NCBI GenBank assembly: GCA_030390025.1
Contig: CM059432.1
Location: forward strand, 32,056,001 to 32,120,000
Direction: 5' to 3'
Origin: Squalus acanthias
Lineage: Eukaryota
DNA: 64,000 nucleotides
Program-made: the position numbers and the translations under genes
Shown here: positions 60,643 through 64,000 of the stretch, in pieces
Layout: every line of letters starts with the position of its first letter
Numbering within the stretch: position 1 is the stretch's first letter
The notes under the pieces: model-generated
What the model was told of the DNA's origin: nothing
Seen by the model: only the letters and a program-made list of their open reading frames with translations
Databases searched by the model: none

Positions 60643-61790
60643 TCATTCAAATCGGAGTCTGATGAGCCGCTAACGGACAGCCCATCCGGATGGACGATTG
60701 GGTGCCTGCCTCCTCCCTTCCTCTTGCTCCTCGTCCTCTTCTTCCTCATCCTCCTCCTGAGGTGGTGGTGCAATCCCTGCTGCCAAGGGCTGCGCCCTCA
60801 TGATGGCCAAGTTGCGAAGCATGCAGCAGACCACCACGAAATGGGAGACCCACTCGATCGAGTACTAGAGGGCTCCTCCCGCGCGGTCAAGGCAGCAGAA
60901 CCATTGCTTCAGTATCCCTATGGTCTGCTCAATGATCTTCCTAGTGGAGGCATGGCTCTCATTATATGAGTGCTGGGCACGAGTGTTGGGGTTGCGGAGA
61001 GCAGTCATGAGCCAGGTGGAGAGCGGATAGCCCTTGTCTTTGAGCAGCCACCCTCGAGTTTGCTGTGGTGGCTGGAAGAGTGCTGGCACACCGGTCTGGC
61101 ACAGGATGAAGGCATCATGGCTGCTGCCAGGATAGCGGGCATTGACATTGAGGATTCACTGTGCATGGTTGCACACCAACTGCACATTAAGTGAGTGGTA
61201 GCCTTTGCGGTTACAGAAGATCTCAGGATTATTATGTAGTGCCCGCAAAGCCACATGTGTGCAGTCGATGGCACCCTGCACCATGGGGAAACCCGCTATC
61301 CTGATAAAGCCACATGCATGCTCATGCTGCTTCTCGCTGCTGAGAGAGAAGCCAACATAGTCCCTTCTCCTGGTGTAGAGAGCCTTAGTGACCTCCCGAA
61401 TACAGCAATGGACGGCGAACTGTGATATTAGCTATGTCCCCTGCTGCAGACTGGAATGATCCACTGGCGAAGAAATTGTTAGCCACCGTGATCTTGATGG
61501 CCACTGGAGGAGCCATGGTTACCTTGCTCTAAGGTTCAGGTCTAGTTGCAGGAGGTGGCAGAGTTCTGTGACCACCTCCTTGGTGAAGCGTAGCCTCCTA
61601 AGACACTGCTCCTTGCTTAATTGGAGGTAGGAGAAGTGCTGTCGGAAGACCCTAGGTGGGTAAGGCCTCCTATTGAGAGCCCTCATGGCCCTCCTCCTCC
61701 TTCTGCGTGCATGTTCCCGTCTTCCTCGCTGCCTCCGCTCCCTGTGCTGTAGATCCTGGGGGGGTGGTCGACTGCCAGTGCAGCCCCCAT
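60643..61790 (-). pseudogene. Harbinger (HARBI1-like) DDE transposase with stops and frameshifts
   Basis: Minus-strand translation gives GFPMVQGAIDCTHV, NRKGYHSLNVQLVC, YPGSSHDAFIL, WLLKDKGY, YNESHASTRKIIEQTIGILK, CCMLRNL and an acidic tail. Convergent with the Myb-like gene. Confidence 0.9.
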
Positions 61791-62149
61791 GACTGTGAGA
61801 AAGTGTTGTGAACAGAAGCCTTTAAAAAGTAATGAGGAAGTTCTTCACTTGCAACAACACTCCCTGTTACCAAATAACCTTGAAATAAGTAAAGAAAGCT
61901 GTTGGAGTTGCAGGAAGTAGCACAGAGCCATTTAAACTGCTGGAGCCTCCTTCCTGCCGTTGGACACCTGCTCTCCCTGTTGTTGTTTAGACATGCCGAG
62001 TTCAATGGCGAGAACGAATACTGCAGATCAGGCATCAAGTGAGTGTGGCGATTGCGTTTACCGGCAGCACTACTGGCACTTGTTAATGATCTGGTAGTTT
62101 CATTTTCTCTTAAATATTTTTTAGCCTTGGCAACATTCTTCTTCCCCCC

Positions 62150-62345
62150 CCCACTGTCACCACTACCATAACCATTAACATCACATTATTACCAGCTTCA
62201 TCACCATGGTTATTGCCAGATTCATCACTATCATCATCACGATTATAATCACCACCACTTTCATCATCATCATTACCACCATCATCACCGTCACCACTAT
62301 TACCAACACAATCATTACCACCATCATCATCACCATTATCATTCT
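62150..62345. repeat. Imperfect (ACC/ATC)n trinucleotide tract
   Basis: atcatcaccgtcaccactattaccaacacaatcattaccaccatcatcatcacc. Confidence 0.85.
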
Positions 62346-63182
62346 ACTATTATTCATTGGATCAATGAAGCACTTTGGGATGACTTGAGAAACACAACAA
62401 CATGCTACATAAATAATCCACTAAACGTCCCACTCTGACAACATGTGAACCTCAATTGTTTTCTTTTGTGCATCTTCTAGCAGGTAAGAGCTTGTCAGAA
62501 AGTTGATTAGTTTGTCCCATTGATTTAATTTCTTCACATTCCCCTCGCAACCAAGTATCCTGGTCCCAGGCCTTTGTGAGCACTGTCTTTGGGCCTGTCG
62601 CGAGGGATCAGCTCTAGAACAGTTGCAGTGACAACCTTCACTGCAGTTATTACTCCATCTGCACCTGGTCGGAGCGCATACTGGAAATTTGAGCATGTGC
62701 CACGCATAATTTAACAACCATTCAGTTAGAAAAACGTGAGCAGTGAGTGTCCAAATTTCCGTGGGCAGGGAAAAAATGATTCCTTTATTTTCTAGAGGAA
62801 TAGCTCCCACTACGTACCTGTCCAGGACATTGATGTGAGATGTGGATGTGAGTCCTTCAAGACGGAAGCAAAAAGTTGCACAGAAACCATAAGGGCATTG
62901 CATATAAATTAAGTGCCAATAATCACTAGGTATGAAGCAACTAGTATTTATATTTGTCAAAATAATTGCAGTGCTTCTCAACTTTTGTTTTCAGGGTGAC
63001 GTTTATTTTTGGGCTGTACAGAGAAAGATTTTGAAAGCTACATGCAACATGATGGTTAAAAAAATAATCAATCAAGAAGTAGCAGCCCTGAGAATGTTCA
63101 AGCTAAGCAGGAAGCAAGGCAACTGAAACAAGGTCTTAGTCACGTTAAAGTATACCTGCATGACAATAAGAGTGTCACTTAC

Positions 63183-63330
63183 TCTCATGTGCGTTCAGGG
63201 TAGTTTTGCACCTTGCATCCTAGTCGAAGCTTCGAGAAGTGAGTCGCGTTCCTTCTTGGGCAGGATCTAGAGAAGGTGCTGGTGCTTATTCCGGGACGGT
63301 CAAAGTCCAGTGCCTTCAGTCCGTAGCTCA
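63183..63330 (-). other. Possible non-coding first exon of the long XIRP1 isoform
   Basis: Consensus donor GAGA|gtaagt at 63177-63182 in non-repetitive sequence. The exon at 51875-52035 has an acceptor and needs an upstream exon. No clear promoter was seen. Confidence 0.2.
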
Positions 63331-63569
63331 TCCTGTGCTGGCCCAGCCTATTTTGCCTGGAGAGCAGGAAGCGACTCCCACAACGATCAAGCAGTTCAGC
63401 TTCTGTAAAGGGATCACGTCTGTGTAATGTGACACTGACGTGCAGGTCAGAAAGTGCAGCATGTTCTCAGTATTTTATCACCCACTTACCCATACTAAAA
63501 AAAATCTAAAGTCTATTCAACTTCACTGATGTGTCCTTTAACCATTTGAGAACCGCAGTGGTATTTCAG

Positions 63570-63766
63570 TGATCATCTGCTGCACGCTCCACAACCTTGC
63601 CATTTTGTGGGAGCAACCCTTACCACCACCTGCCAGGTGACAAAATGATGAAGAGGAGCAAGAAGCGATGGGTGAGGAAGAGGAGGAGGAAGAGAGATAG
63701 CAACCCTGGCAGCCCCTTTCTGCCAGGGCTCTACGAGATCAGCTCATTGAGCAGTGCTTCCACTGA
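63570..63766 (+). pseudogene. C-terminal fragment of another Harbinger transposase
   Basis: IICCTLHNLAIL..(stop)..EEE..ARALRDQLIEQCFH*. Confidence 0.65.
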
Positions 63767-64000
63767 CCTCAAATACACCTCCCCGTTCCCCATCACTGCC
63801 ACTCTCCTAACCTTTCCCATTTCCATTACCATCATGTCATCCTCTTTCTGTCAACACTTATTGTTATCTCCCTCACTTGACTGCAGACATAAAAAACAAC
63901 ACCAAATGCGCAACATGAGGCCTTCCTGCCCCCCTGCAAAGAGAGGATGTCCATCCTCCTCTCCACCTCCTGCATCAAGACTTCCAGTGCAGCATCAGAG

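Noticed and set aside
60643..61790. Domesticated HARBI1 gene
   Set aside because: Multiple stops and frameshifts, paired with a Myb-like relic as in ordinary Harbinger transposons.
62206..62388. Ile/Thr-rich membrane peptide ORF
   Set aside because: Translation of an (ACC/ATC)n simple repeat.
62421..63126. ORFs 62421..62981 (-) and 62932..63126 (+) as a neighbouring gene
   Set aside because: No recognisable homology; an acceptor-like TTTTGTTTTCAG is present but no consistent exon chain could be built.

Overview
Eukaryotic genomic DNA from a vertebrate, very probably a cartilaginous fish (shark-type CR1/L2 LINEs, Deu-type SINEs, Penelope-type fragments and Harbinger MITEs). One host gene spans most of the window on the minus strand: the Xin actin-binding repeat gene XIRP1. 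Its giant ~7.9-kb exon (9498->1617, about 27 Xin repeats) is split into two overlapping frames by one apparent extra base, most simply in a G6 run at 4036-4041. By hand I could join six small upstream exons (51990->14553) with canonical GT/AG sites and matching phases into an open 283-aa N-terminal extension resembling the XIRP2/LIMA1 N-terminus. An internal MEF2/TATA promoter with an ATG-free exon (~28681-28855) would give a mammalian-type short isoform. The introns are packed with nested transposons: CR1 and L2 LINEs, SINEs, hAT and PIF/Harbinger MITEs with TSDs, and a perfect 79-bp-arm palindrome with a 14-bp TSD carrying a minimal hammerhead-ribozyme motif. A 38-bp minisatellite lies in one intron, and a decayed two-gene Harbinger lies upstream of the first coding exon. 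Family and gene names come from motif recognition and recall, not database searches.
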